Origin: Camelus dromedarius
Lineage: Eukaryota
DNA: 64,000 nucleotides
Reading direction: 5' to 3'
NCBI RefSeq assembly: GCF_036321535.1
Contig: NC_087436.1
Location: forward strand, 112,656,001 to 112,720,000
In this document: in pieces, positions 38,811 to 52,009 of the stretch
How the letters are laid out: each line of letters begins with the position of its first letter
Numbering within the stretch: the stretch's first letter is position 1
Notes under the pieces: generated by a model
Told to the model about the DNA's origin: nothing
Database searches by the model: none
What the model saw: the letters and a program-made list of their open reading frames with translations, nothing else
Program-made: the position numbers and the translations under genes

Positions 38811-39339
38811 GAGAAACCTGAGTTGATGGAGAATTTGAAGATAGAAGAACAGACCTCAAATCACCTGTTCTGGCAGATACTGTGGACAGATTCATCCTCA
38901 TATGTTGGGTTTTGGTGTCTTTCACTCGTGTGTTTATTCATTAACTTATTTTTATACTTATGTACTTATGAAACAGGCAGTAAGGGTCTCCTTTTTCTAG
39001 GTCCTGATTTAAGCCACAGGAGATCACAGGAAGGGAACTCCTCTCAGGGGAAAGGAACACTCAGATTGAAATTTCCTGCTGACCCCTGGGCAGTTGGAGA
39101 GTTTGGAGTGGGGAAGACCCGCTTCTGGGTGAGAGCAGGTCAAGCCAGAAGAGATCTTTGCAGCTCTGCCTTCTCTGGCAAAAGGGAAAGGAAAGGAACG
39201 GGAAAGGCCTCCTCACCCTCTTCCCCGCCTGTGAAATGCAAGATTCAAAGGCTGCTTGTCACCTCAGTCCCAGTACTCATCAAGCAGGGCCCTTGACCCA
39301 CAATCCATCCACCTGCCAGAGGCAGGCAAAATCGTTTAC

Positions 39340-39750
39340 TCCTCCACCCAACGAACGTTGGGTGAACTCCTGCCATGTGTCAGGAGACAATCTAGTTACT
39401 GTGGGTTCACAGCAGAGAAAGCAAAGTTCCCACCCTCACGAGTTTCTGTTCTTTTGGAGGGTGGAGATGGGAAATAAACAAATAAAAAAGTAAATATAAT
39501 AATGTCAGGCAGTGATAAGCGCTACAAAGACTAACAAAGCAGAGTGAAGGGTAGAGAGCCTGGGTGGCTGGAACGCTCTCCTGAGAACTGGACCTCCGAG
39601 CAGAGATCGGAGTGAAGTGAGGGAACTTGCCACGTGGGGGCATCTGGCGGAGAGGGAAGAGCACGAGCAGAGCTCCTGGTGGAGGATGTTCTTGGTGTGT
39701 TCAAGTGAGAGGACAGGTGGCCAGAATGGAAGGAAGTAGGAGAAAAGGCT
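39340..39750 (-). mobile_element. LINE-2 fragment that resumes at ~43625-43705 after a provirus
   Basis: L2-type aatgtcaggcagtgataagcgct...gtgagggaacttgccacgtgg; continuation ggaccagaccatgag...ataggctatgctgagaaatctgaattcta. Confidence 0.6.
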
Positions 39751-42700
39751 GTGTATTATTATTATTGTTTGGTCTTTGCCCATGGCTCCTGGCACAGAGC
39801 TCCTAAAGGCTCTGGAATTTCCTAAGTGATGGAGGTGATTGGAGTGGTTTTTGTTATTTAATAACAAGCCCCTTTCAACTGGTCATACCTGCTTTTATGC
39901 TAACAAGGTGACTCTCGGAGGGTCCCTAGACAGCTTCAGGATGGGGGCTGGTTGTCAGAGAAGCCAACATGGATCAGAAGGCTGAAACATTCAGCCCCAC
40001 TCCCAACCGCAGGGAGGAGAGAGGGCCTGAGATTGAGTTCAATCACCAAGAGCCAATGGTTTAATCGGTCATGTCCAGATGATGAAACCTCCATAAAAAA
40101 ATCCCTAAACAATAAAATCCGGGGAGCTTCCAAGTCGGCAAACACATCCATGTGCTGGGAGGGGGGAGGTGCACACCTCAACTACACAGGACAGAGGCTT
40201 CTGCATCTGGAACCCTTGTGGACCTTGCCCTGTGTACCCCTTCATCGGGCTGGTCACTGTATCTTTAGGGGAGGAGTAAGCTTTCCCAGGCCCTCTTAGG
40301 GTCCCTGGCTGGGTCTAACAATTAAACTGACAAAGATAGGTTAACAGGATAAAAGCACATTTTATTGCACTTTTACGTGTACCTGGGAGCCTCCACAGGA
40401 GAATGAAGACTGGAAGAAGTGACCAGAACAGGAAACTCCTATACCTTTAGACAAAGAAACAATACATTTGTGGAAAATTGTCAAGGCAGGGAGGTTTGGG
40501 CTAGAGGTATTAAATGGTGAAAAATTAACAAGGTTTTTTGTTTTTTTTTTAATTAGTCTTTTCTGCCCTAAATTCCCTGTCTCTAGTGATGTCTCTCTTC
40601 CTCTTGGTACATGGAGGGTACCTTTCACATGGGAGATTTACCTCCTGCTTTCAAGGAAGACAGGCCTGGTGGGAGAGGTCAGAATGGCCTTCTTGCTTCT
40701 GCTATTTTCTCAAACTCCTTCAGCCTGACATATCCAGTGGGCCAAGGTGCCGTATTTTAAGGTGGTGTCTCCTGAACCCCATTATGTCCTTTATAATTAA
40801 CTCTAACAAGAAGTATAGCGTTTTCTTGAATTCTGTAGGTCACTCTCGTAAATAATTTAACCTGAGGAGAGGGGTTGTGGGAACACTCGACTTCGTAGCC
40901 CGTTGGACAGAATGTGGGTGACCTGGGGACCTGATTCTTGTGACTGGCACCTGAAAGGGGACAGTCCTGTGGGACTGAGCACTTAAACCTGTGGGGTCTG
41001 AGACTAACCGTTGGTGTCAGAACAGAACTGAACTATGGGACACCCAGTCAGCGAGCAGAGAGTTGGAGAATTGGTTGGTATGAGAGGAAAACCCCTCACC
41101 TTTGGTGTCAGAAGTGCTGTGAGTAAAAGCAGATCAGAGAACTCTCAGTGACTGAGCTTACAAACACTTTCTTCTCTGTTTCAAACTTAGAAAAGGGCCA
41201 GCTGCCATTCAGCCTCACATGAAGGGACCTGAATGTACCTCTCCTTTACCTGACTGCCAAGAGTTACCTGAATGCACCAGCCTACTGTCATAATTCTTTC
41301 AGAAGGGATTTGGACTTGGTGCAAGTCCCAAGTGTAATAAAACATTATACCGATGACATTGTGATAATGTCAGAAAGCTACGAACAAGCTAGGACTGACT
41401 TGTAACCCGCGGTGACTCACATAACCAACCGAGATGGGTTAATAAATCCAACAGAGTTCCAAGGGCCCGCCTGCCAGTGAAATTCTTGAGAACAGTCTGG
41501 GCAGGAGCCATCCCGGCCATTCATTCCACAAGTGGCCAGAAATAAAATGCTGTTATTACCCAGCCCTAGGGCCAAGGAGGGAGACCAGTGATTGTTTGGT
41601 TGATGCGGATTTGGGAGAACACATATTCCACACCTGGTAATACTGAAGCTCCTACCCGTGTGACTCCCTGAAAGAAGGCCATGTTTGAGTTGGGAGCAGA
41701 ACAAAAAGCAGGCCATGTCTGAATTACACAAAGCATGAGTTTTCTCCGTGGTCTTGAACGCTTTGATTCCCCACGCAGGTATGGTTTTTGGAAATGTCTG
41801 CCACCGGACAAGCAGACTGGAGCTGATGGCAAAAGCCTGTGCATACCTGCTGGTGGCGTACGTTGAGTTTTGGACCAGAAAATTTCCACGTGTTATCACC
41901 CCATATACACCAACTAACAGGCAATGACTAGCTTGCTGTTGACATTTGACTCTGCCTCAGTGACGAGGCATGTGAAAATAACCATGGCACCTGAGATGCC
42001 CATAATGTCTCTATCAGAGAAGCACTCTGATGAGGAAGGCAGTGCCCAGAGGAAGTTCCATAAAAAAAACGGAAATGGTTTCTGTACCCGCCGGCAGGGA
42101 GCCTCTCCTCCCCGAGGACCAGCTTTGGAACTACCCGAGGAGCTGCCACAACCTTTTGCCACGCAGGCGGTACCCCAGGAGCAGCACTAAACTGACCAAG
42201 AATCAGCTGCTTGGTTTTCAAATGGCAGTTCCTAGGGGAATGGACAGAGTCTGGTTTGGAAAGCTGCCACATTAAGACCGGCAGGCAGAGAGACTCTGCT
42301 TGAGGAAGGTGAGAATGAATCACCTCATCGGACTGAGCTGCGTGCTCTTTTCCTAGCAGTGATGGACGCATTCAACAGCGGTGACAGCCCCTGTGTTTGG
42401 GTTTTTACCAGCTCCTGGGCAGCAGCCAATGGCTGAGCCATACAGTCAGGTAAATGGACAGTGGAAAACTGGACTGTTAAAGGGCTGCCTGTGTGAAGCA
42501 TTCCCCTGGGGCAACCACTCTGGGAACTTAAGGGGCACATTAAAGTAGGACCTGCTGATGCACATCAGATGAACTCCGGTCCAGGTTCAGAAGGCGACTG
42601 GAGCCACCAAGTGGACCTCTGGGTGCACATTCTTGCAGTGGCCACGTGGGTGCATGAAATGAGTGGACGTGGAGGGCGGCAGCAATGCAGAGACGCGTGG

Positions 42701-43610
42701 AATCTGGACATCTTCCTCTTGTCCCCTCCGAGGCAAAAAACTCCAACAACTGTCTTGTCTACCAACGAGAGGGATAGAGGCTGCGGATGGCTATGGGGAC
42801 ATTCCCGGGGAGGAAGACCCTACCCGTAGCAGGCAATGGATACACTGGGCCAATGCTGGTGGCCCCAGGAGGCTAGAACTGGACCCTAAAGGGAATAGAC
42901 ACTTACTCTGGACTGGGATTTGCACACCCTGTGGAAAGGCAAGTGCTCAAAATACTATTAAACAATTGGAACAGAAGACACTGTACCAATTTAGGTGACT
43001 GAGTCAATTTCTTCAGACCAAGGGACTGTAAAGTGTTTTGCAGCCCATAGTGTCCAACAGTGGTCCAAGAGATAGCAAATTAAATGGACATATCGCACCA
43101 CAAAGCATCCTTAGAGTAGTGGTTTAACAGAGAATTGAAATGAGCAGTTGAAATACTGCTGTCTAAACAGGGGGAGATCAAGGCATGATGGGCTGGCTTA
43201 CACACTTTCACAAGCGTGTGCTCACACTCAGCCCTGTGTAAGCCCACCATACAGGATGAGAGTGCACAGAGCCCTGCGTACCTCTTCATGTGGTTGTTCC
43301 CTTGGAGCCTTTATGATAAAGTGTGATAGTCAGTGTGACAGTCACTGAGCTCTGTGAGCCATAGAAGCAAATTAGGGAACCATGGTCAGGGAGGGGGTCA
43401 TGGGAACCCTTGACTTTGTAGCCAAATTGGGCAAAAGTGCAGGACACCTGGGGACCTGACATTTAATGAGTGGCCTCTGAAGCGCGTGCAGTCTTGTGGG
43501 CTGAGCCTCTCCATTTGCAGTCTGAGGCTAACTCTGGGTGGTTAGAGTCAGATTCTAACTGAATTATAGGACACCACATTGGGTGTTCAAGAGTTTGCTG
43601 GCTAGGAAAA
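39750..43610 (+). mobile_element. Decayed MER21-type class III provirus: 5' LTR 39750-41140, pol remnant ~41140-43270, partial 3' LTR ~43300-43610
   Basis: The two LTR parts are similar (gggaac..c.tgactt.gtagcc...acctggggacctga...gtc.tgtggg.ctgagc...ctaac). Internal HYTDDI at 41343-41360, plus AAWFSNGSS, AELRA-like and WVHEMSG motifs. Confidence 0.8.
40265..40783 (-). mobile_element. ERV1 solo LTR (MER34/MER39-like) nested in the MER21 LTR
   Basis: Minus strand begins ggggttcaggagacaccaccttaaaatacggcaccttggc...gctgaaggagtttgagaaaatagcaga. MER21 sequence resumes on both sides. Confidence 0.7.
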
Positions 43611-43764
43611 AAAAAAAAAAAGCATTAGTAGCAGAAAGTGCCCAGGGACCAGACCATGAGAAACATCATAGGCTATGCTGAGAAATCTGAATTCTAGTCT
43701 AAGTAATTACTCTTACCTTTCTTGCTTGTTTGTTTTTTGGAATACCAACTCCATATCCAGCTCC

Positions 43765-43945
43765 TTTACATGAGTTAATTCCCTTATTTTCAATACTCAT
43801 AACCATCCTTTGAGACCAGCATTACTATGCCCATTTTACAATTAAGACAAACTAAGGCTCGGAAATCCTAGGTAACTCACAAACAGTCATACATAGTAGG
43901 ACAGCTGAAACGAAATTTGAATTCAGGACAGTTTGACAATGTCTG
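43765..43945 (-). mobile_element. MIR SINE
   Basis: atgcccattttacaattaagacaaactaaggctc. Confidence 0.65.
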
Positions 43946-44779
43946 TCTGGCAATGGCAGCAACAGAACGAGAGTGTTGAGGACCCCCCCCCCCCTCGCTG
44001 CTCAAGGATTCTCTGAGTGGCGGACAAGAATGGGCACCTGGAAAAGTCTGGAGTGAGAGGCAACTGCTCAGATGTGGCTGGAAGTCACATGAGAATAAAA
44101 GCAATGCAATTCAAGAGACTGCACCCAGGGTTGTTGTAAGGGGACAGACACAATGTGGATAATGGCATTAAACTTTTGTGCCTGATTAAATCATTGTATT
44201 TTGTATTCCTTTGAGAACATTTTGCTCTGGAGAGGCCTGGAATACAGACCAGGAAGGGGAGCCCAGGGCTGAGAGCTCAGGAACAGAGCAGCCACCAGGA
44301 ACCAGCCAGCAGGAGGCACATACTCCAGTGGAAACCAAGGACCAAGACCCCACCCCTGTTCCTTGCTCCCCTTTCTGCCCCCAGGTGCCTCTCTGAGAAT
44401 AAAGGGGTGAAGAAACCCCTTGAGAGAGGGAGAAAAAATCCCTGAGGAGCAGTTCTATCTTTGAACTTACCACTTACCCCAAAGAGACTGAGTTAACCCT
44501 GAAGAGAATAGTTTAAATCTCAAAAGAGAAAGCACCACTTAACCGCCTTGCTAAACCCCTCTTCTGCCCTCTTGGCAGGAATGGGGACTTCAGAGCGCAG
44601 TGCAAGCAGTTCACAGAAAAGACGTGTGTTTTGCAGACCTAAACTGTAATGTATGCGTTTCCATTTGTCAACTCTCAGAGCTCGTCTCACTCAAACTCCC
44701 AGGAACTTCTGCTACAAGGGTCACGCAGTCTTTCTGGAGGCACTCTCTTTGCGTGGCTGCAGGGCACCACACCCAGCCC

Positions 44780-45680
44780 CGCTTGCCTCACCTTACAGGT
44801 CGCTACTTCTCAGCTGCCTTTGCTGTCTCCATCTCCTCTTCCCAACCTCTCCTTGTGGGAGGGTCCCAAGGATCAGTCCTGGGAACCCTGCTTTTGCCAT
44901 TTACAACCCTGCCTCCAAAGTATCCCAAGACCAACCTGTCCAATAGGTTCAGACTCACGTGTCCAAATGCCCACCCGACATATCACATGGGTGCGTGGTA
45001 GGCATTTCAAAGTAAGCGTGTCTGGGACTCTTGACTCCTAATCAACTCCTTCCCCAGGTGCCCCCACATCTGTAAATGGCACCCACAGTTATCCGTTTAT
45101 TCTGGTAGTGAACCTAGGACCCATCTTGGGCGCCTTCATTTCCTTTAGCCTTCCATCTGCTCCATTAACAGGTCCTGCTGGCTCTACCATCAAACCACCT
45201 TGTCTCCTAACTGGGCTTCCTGCTTCCCTTCCCCACAATCATTCTACACCTAGCAGCTGGAGAGCATCATTTAAAACATAAACAGACCTGTCCAGTACCT
45301 TTCAGAATCTTCCAGTCGCATGTAGAATAAAAGCCAGCCTCTTCTCCATGGCTAGTAAATCCCTGTATAATCTGACCCCTGCTTCCCGCTCTGGTCTCAT
45401 TCATTTGTAATTTCTAACTTCCAACATCTCTAACTCATTTCTCGGCTTTGCTTCCCCTGTCCCAGTCCACACTGGCCTGCTTTCTGTTTCCACACTCCTG
45501 AAACTAATTCCTCACTTTGGGTCTTTGCCCCTTGCTTTCCCCTCTGCCAGGAAGCCCTGCCGTAGAGATTCACATGGCTGATTTAACTCACCTCTTCCTA
45601 GAGACATTCTTGATCCCTTTCTCCAAAATAACACCCTTCCATCCTTTCCCATGTTCCCCCTGAGTAGGGAGGATTGGCTT
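44780..45680 (+). mobile_element. LINE-2 fragment
   Basis: RT motif GSQGSVLGTLL (compare GVPQGSVLGPLL) followed by a pyrimidine-rich L2 3' region. Confidence 0.7.
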
Positions 45681-46199
45681 GAGAGTGGGGCCAGCAGAGA
45701 AGACAGCAGAATTGAGAAATAGAAATACAATAGTGAAATATCTTTCTCCAGTCACAGATCCATAACATAGGATGTAATAGTGTGTGCCCCTGGTTCTAGC
45801 TCTGCCTGGACTTGAATTCTTTGCAGTATCATGAGTCATCAGAATCTCTTTGTTCTGAAAACCCAGTTTGGGTTTTTTTTTTTTTTTCTTTCCTGTCATT
45901 TATAACCAAGAGCCTTGACCACGGACACCAAACCCATCTATTTCCATGTGCTGCCTACCTTGACACACCTTTCTTATTCTACTGTCTTCATCTACATGAC
46001 TTGACTTTGCCAGGTAAATCTTTTGCTCTGATGTCCCTTAAAAAAAAAACTCTCAATAGAATCAATGTTGTACAGCAAGGCAATGAGTTCTTTATGAAAG
46101 TCAAAAGCTGCTGAGTCATGCTTCAAAGTTGCTGGGAGGTAAAAACAAATTGTGCCATCATTGTCTTTAAAGACATGACTACTAGTCCAGGAAACATTT

Positions 46200-46590
46200 G
46201 TTCGACCAGGAAGATAAGAAGTTGCAGATGACTTTATTGTTCGGGTTAGGAAATTCCTGAGATCAAACTGATTTAAATGAATGTCAGACTGCTCGATATT
46301 CAGTAGGTGGTATCAAATGACATTTATACCCCAAGACTCTTCTAAAGCTTTGCCTGGGAACCCTTGTTTTGCTGGGTCCACTGATCCTAAATGATTGTGT
46401 CACAAGCCTTACCCAGTTTTCATCAAAGCCCTGCACTGGAAGACCCAGCTTAAACCAGACCCCAAAGCCCATAAATACCTGAATGTCCTAACTTTGCTCT
46501 TCCCACTCTGAGACTCTATGGAGACTCTTCAGGGTAGCAACAAACAGACTGGCTGATCAACCAGTTGTTTCAGCGGTATTTGCAGGGGAC
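46200..46590 (+). mobile_element. Possible old ERV1 LTR (MER110/MER90-like)
   Basis: gaagacccagcttaaaccagacccc...ctctgagactcta motifs. Tentative. Confidence 0.35.
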
Positions 46591-46994
46591 AAGCACTTGA
46601 GAATAAATAAAACTAATCCTAGATCTGGGCTTGGTGAGCATGTGACTGTGTTTGGGGTGTGTGTTTGTGTGTGTGAGTGCACTGCATGCTGTCAGGGGCT
46701 TTCTGACACCCAAGTGGAGTCTTTCTTTGGCCACCTCGGTTTCACCTACTTTTTATCTGCTTTCTCCTGACCAGCCGACCTTATGGATCTCTTTTCTTGG
46801 GCCATCACTGAAGTTTGAAAACGTGCTTGTCTTTTTCTTCTATAACAGTTTCTGTAATTGCAAAGGCCACGTGGCATCATGAATAGACTAGGGACCACGG
46901 TTGTTGAGTTCCTGCTCTGCCACTTACTAAATACAATGGTTTGGGGGCTTTCACTTACCTTTTGAGCCTCATATTTAAAATACAGAGAATACTG

Positions 46995-47402
46995 TATATT
47001 AATCAGGGTAATACAGAGACCCAGGACTAATAGTAGAGAGAGGGAAAGAGAGAGAGAGAGAGAGAGAGAGATTTTAAGGAGCTGGCTCACAGGATTGTGG
47101 AGGCTTGGCAGGTCCAAAACCTCCAGGGCAGGGCAGCAGCCTAGATACCAAGGAAGAATTGCAGTTTGAGTCCAAAGGCAGTCTGTTGACAGAATTTCTT
47201 CTTTCTTGAGTGAGGTCAGTCTTTGTCTATAAAAGCCTTCAACTGATTGGGTGAGGCCCACCCACATTATGGAGAGTAATCTGCTTTACTCAAAGTCTAC
47301 TGATTTAAATGTTAACCATGTTTAAAATACCTTCATAGCAATATACAGAATAATGTTTGACCAACTATCTGGGTACCATGACACAAAAATTAACCATTAC
47401 AC
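46995..47402 (-). mobile_element. MLT2-type ERVL LTR with internal (GA)n
   Basis: gagattttaaggagctggctcacaggattgtggaggcttggcaggtcc...ctgattgggtgaggcccacccacattatggag...aaaattaaccattaca. Confidence 0.85.
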
Positions 47403-47429
47403 AATACCAGAATTTCTGTTTTTAACTAT

Positions 47430-47900
47430 AACGAGAAATCCCAATTTGGTCTTATGTCATTTTTCCAAACTCCAAATATTTTCTACTTTTCTAAAGTTAT
47501 CAATTACTATTATCTTTAAATTGATTCAATTTTGAAATTAAATTTGTTTTAAAAGAAAGGTTTATTTCACCACATTAAAATAAAAGCTAGTACAATTTTA
47601 TATAGAGAGAAAGTAATTATGGAAATAAATATAATATGAAGAAATTCAGGTTATTAAAGTCTAGCTAGAAGCCACTGCCTCATCTAGGCTCTGAGCCTGA
47701 GACCTGTTGTCTCTCTGTTAGAAGGAAAGAAAAAGAAAAGAAAAAAGATGGGCATTGAAAAAAAAAAGTGATATAATAACAGCAAACTGAAATCATTGTC
47801 TTTGAGGTAACTGGATTGAGAAAGAAATTTAAAGGGAATAGTTTTCTTACTGCAAGATTCAATATTATGTTCTTTCTAGGAATGATCTAAAATCATTACA
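47430..47900. mobile_element. hAT-Charlie fossil (MER113-like)
   Basis: ctagctagaagcc...ggctctgagcctgagacctg...aagggaatagttttcttact. Confidence 0.5.
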
Positions 47901-49679
47901 TGTTTAACCAAAAAGTGTCTTTCATGGATTCATATCTTACACCTTGGGAAATATGGACTCCCTAAGGGAGAAGCTCTACTTTTGAAGAGACAGAATCCAG
48001 TGTCTAAAACTAAAGAGAGAGAGATGTTGGAAGTACATGTTTGATGAGGATTTGGAGGAGGAAATGCTGCATGCTCTGTAAGTAAATTTTTCTCTCTATT
48101 TTTCCCAAGAATCGTTCGGTGAAATTGACATTGGATGCTAACGCAATGAGTTCTTTATGAATGTAAAGAAGTGATGAGTTGTGCTTCAAAGTTGCTGCAC
48201 GGCAGAAACAAAACCCACGGTCAGAGACAGCCAATGTATGGGTTACAAATACCACTTAATTCAAACAGTCATTGAGCATCTATTACACCCAGGCACTAGG
48301 CAGAGACGGAGAAGACCAGCCCCTCCCTTTGTAGAGCTCACACTAGTGGGAGGGATACGGAGGGGACGGCTTGTCTCCCACAGGACAAAGACATCTTCGT
48401 AGGGCTATATATTGATTTCTCCATCCTGTTACTTTTTAGAGAAAGAAAATCATTTCAAAATTATATTGTGCTCTTAAAACAACTATAAAGAGCAAGTTTC
48501 ACTAGCAGGAGATTTTCTCTCAACCCATCCTGATTATTTGAAGTTGGAGAAGTCAAGATGCCTCACCTGGATTATGGATTCAAGGTTTCTTCTCCTTATT
48601 TTTGTCTGTTATCACTGGCATTCAATGGTAACTGCTTCAGAGCGGTGTTTCTTAAGCCTGGCTCATGCATCAATAGGTTCGTCCACCAACACTTGTAAGT
48701 CTGGAGCCAATCAATATATTATTACTCAATACAAATCACAGTATGACATTTAAAGATAAATCAGATGACTCATTGGTGGCCCATTGCTCCCTAGGTGAGT
48801 TTTGGATTATAAGAGCTTTCCTGTTCAGGAAATCTGGAGGGATGTACCAACTGATCGAACTTGTACTGACCATGTTTGAGCCTGAAGACAGCTGAAAGGA
48901 CATCACACCTCTCTGTTCACCAGGCCTTCAGGGCAGGGTTGAAACAACTTCTCACTGAACCCAGTAGTGAATCATCCGCTTTAGTCAATTTCCTCGTGGC
49001 TTCCTGGGCAACCTCTGTGATTAAAGGAATGCATTTTTGCATTAGCCTAGAGCATCTCTCAATATCCTTTCAAAACTGGAGTTGAACTGAATGAAGAATG
49101 TGTTGCACTTTCCAAAACCAACCCTTTGCTTTTAGCCAATTGATCAAAAGGGGACACAGAATATTATGGTGGTTGTTATTGTTATTATTATTATTATTAC
49201 TCCCTCTTAGATAAATACCACAGTCAAATCTCTAATTTTGTTCCCCTTTCCAAGTCTCCCGTATTAATGGACTCATTTGTTCATTCATTCAACAAATATT
49301 TGCTGCTCATACACCAGGGCCAACACATAAATTGCCTTTACCCTTAAATAACTGATATTAATAAGCAAATTGGCCATTTTGGAACTGTATGAGCAGCCAA
49401 GTAAAAGTCAAGAGAGGCTTCCTGGAGGAGGCAATGTATGAGCTGAGTCCTAAGGGTTGAACACATGTCAGCCAGGCAGTGATGTCAAAGAATGAGGTTC
49501 CAGGCAGACAGAACAACACACAGAAAGACCAAATCTGGGAGAAAAGCATGAACAGATGCTCAGTGTGACTTACTTAGTGGAGACACTTAGGTGTTATGGT
49601 GGGAGAAAATTTGAAAGGGTTTAGCCCTACTCTGAAAGCAAAGGAGAGCCATTTCAGGAATTAATATTAAATGGGTTCC

Positions 49680-50272
49680 CCCACTTCAAAAAGACACCTG
49701 CACTCCAATGTTCATAGCAGCACTATTTACAATAGCCAAGACATTGAAACAGCCTAAATGTCCATCAACAGATGACTGGATAAAGAAGCAGTGGTATATT
49801 TATACAATGGAATACTATTCAGCCATAAAGACTGACAGCATAATGCCATTTGCAGCAACATGGATGTTCCTGGAGAATGTCATTCTAAGTGAAGTAAGCC
49901 AGAAAGAGAAAGAAAAATACCATATGAGATAGCTCATATGTGAAATCTTAAAAAAAATGAACATAAATACAAAACAGAAACAGACTCATAGACATAGAAT
50001 ACAAACTTGTGTTTGCCAAGGGGCAGGGGTGGGAATGGATAGACTGGGAGTTTAAAATTTTAGATACTGACAGGCATATGCAGAAAGATAAACAAGATTA
50101 CACTGTATAGCACAGGGAAATATATACAAGATCTTGTGGTAGCTCACAGCGAAAAAAAAATGTGACAATGAATATATATATGTTCATGTATAACTGAAAA
50201 ATTGTGCTCTATGCTGGAATTTGACACAACATTGTAAAATGACTGTAACTCAATAAAAAAAGTTTAAAAAAC
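49680..50272 (+). mobile_element. Young 5'-truncated LINE-1
   Basis: ORF2 end ([11 protein letters not shown]...EVSQKEKEKYHM) and 3' UTR; perfect TSD ATTAAATGGGTTCC at 49666-49679 and 50273-50286. Confidence 0.95.
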
Positions 50273-50359
50273 ATTAAATGGGTTCCATAGTAGTATATGG
50301 ATTAAGTAGAAGTGGTGCCACTGACAGTAAGAGCAATCTCATACAAATTTAAAGGGAAA

Positions 50360-51078
50360 GCAGATCTAAAATCACAGGGCAGTATCTCCTTACACCCTCC
50401 AAAATGGCTAAAATGGAAATGATAAGCAATGCCAAGTGCTGGCAAGGATGTGGAACAAATGGAACTTTCACCCACTGGAGCCTGTATGTTGTGACCATCA
50501 CCTTGGAAAACTTTGTTGGTAGCAACTACAAGTGCTGAACACATGCATAACCTATGACTCAGTCATCTACTCCTTAAATATGTACTCAACAGAACTGTGT
50601 CTACAGGTCCGCCTAGAGGCATGTGTGAGAAGGTAGCAGCATTATTCCCAATAACCCCAAACTGGAAATTACCAAAACGCTCATCAAGAGTAGAATACAC
50701 AACGTTATATTCACACAATAAAATTCTATACGTTAATTAAAATGAGAACATTACAACATGCAACAACAGGGATGAATTTCACAAACACAATGCTGAGCTG
50801 ACAAAGCCAAACAAGAAAGCATATATGTTCTATGATTCATTTACATAAAGATCAGAAAAAGACAAAAATTTCCTGTGGTGTAGGAAGACAGGATGTGGTT
50901 TACCCTTGGGGGATAATTACTGCAAACCGCCTAAAGAAAGCTTCAAAGGTGGTGAAAATGTGTTTTTTTGACCTGAGGGGCCATTACACTGTGTGTTAAC
51001 TTTGTGAAAAGTCATCAAAGTATATATTTATGATTTATGTACTTTTCTGTATGTATGGTACACTGCAATAAAAAGCCA
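50360..51078 (+). mobile_element. Old L1ME-type 3' region
   Basis: gccaagtgctggcaaggatgtggaacaaatggaact...gatgaatttcacaaacacaatgctgag...caataaaaa. Confidence 0.75.
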
Positions 51079-51102
51079 TTCCCCACCCACAAAGAACCAA
51101 AT

Positions 51103-51126
51103 ACACACACACACACACACACACAC
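51103..51126. repeat. (CA)n microsatellite
   Basis: About 12 CA units. Confidence 0.95.
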
Positions 51127-51229
51127 CAGGAAGACTATTAAAGCTACCAACCCATTGCACTGGGACTTGGGTTTAGTGAGAGACCAGACCAGCCTCTTCT
51201 GCAGGGTGTGGAGCTTAATGCAAAGCTAG

Positions 51230-51495
51230 GAAAGGAGACCAGCTAACCTGTGGTTTTGGAGTCCTGCACAGTATTCTTAACATTTGTAATTAGTCACCAA
51301 CATTCTAAAAAGTTTGCATAAAAATCTAAATGCTCTTGCCTCCTTGCTTCTCAAAAAAGCCTTGAAGATCTAGCAACACCCCAGGGCACACAACAACAAC
51401 TGACTGCAGCAGAGTACTTCCGGCTGCTCCCCTGTGCCCCGTCCCCTGTGCCTACGTCACCCACCCTGTAGGCATCTGAATCTGCGACAGTGGGA
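51230..51495. mobile_element. hAT-Charlie fossil (MER102-like)
   Basis: aattagtcaccaacattctaaaaa...gaagatctagcaacac...ggcatctgaatctgcgac. Confidence 0.5.
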
Positions 51496-52009
51496 ACTCA
51501 CTGAAACCTGGGTGTCATCTCCTTGGCACCGCCCCCAGCACTACCAGGCCAGGTCATTTAGCCCAATTGGACCACTGGTGCCTCATCTGGAAAAAGGAAG
51601 TAATGAATATCCTGCTTACCTGAAGATGAGGAACTAGACCAGATAATATACTGAAGTCCTCTTCCAGCTTGCAGGTCTCTTACTCTTACATTCTTTGCTC
51701 CATTTCCACTTTCCTTCACTGCAGGCTTCGGAGGGATGGGTGGAAGAGTCTCCCGCCTTCCCTCTGGCTGCATCGCTCGTGCAGTATAGCCTGGGAGAAC
51801 ACCCTTGAATTCCCGGGGTCTGACATAAGCCCAATCCATCTCAGTTGGTCTGGACTTCTTTTATTCCTCCAGGTACATTTAAATAGTTTAGATCCAGAGG
51901 AGAAAGCCTGTTAGAATAGAGGGCAGCCCCCAGTGGTGCCTGGAGTCATACTGAAGCGGTTTAAGTTGCTGTTGGTTATGGAGCACATCGGCTGTTATAG
52001 CACCCAGCT

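Noticed and set aside
41140..43270. Domesticated retroviral gene
   Set aside because: The pol remnant is broken by many stops and frameshifts, and there is no long intact frame.
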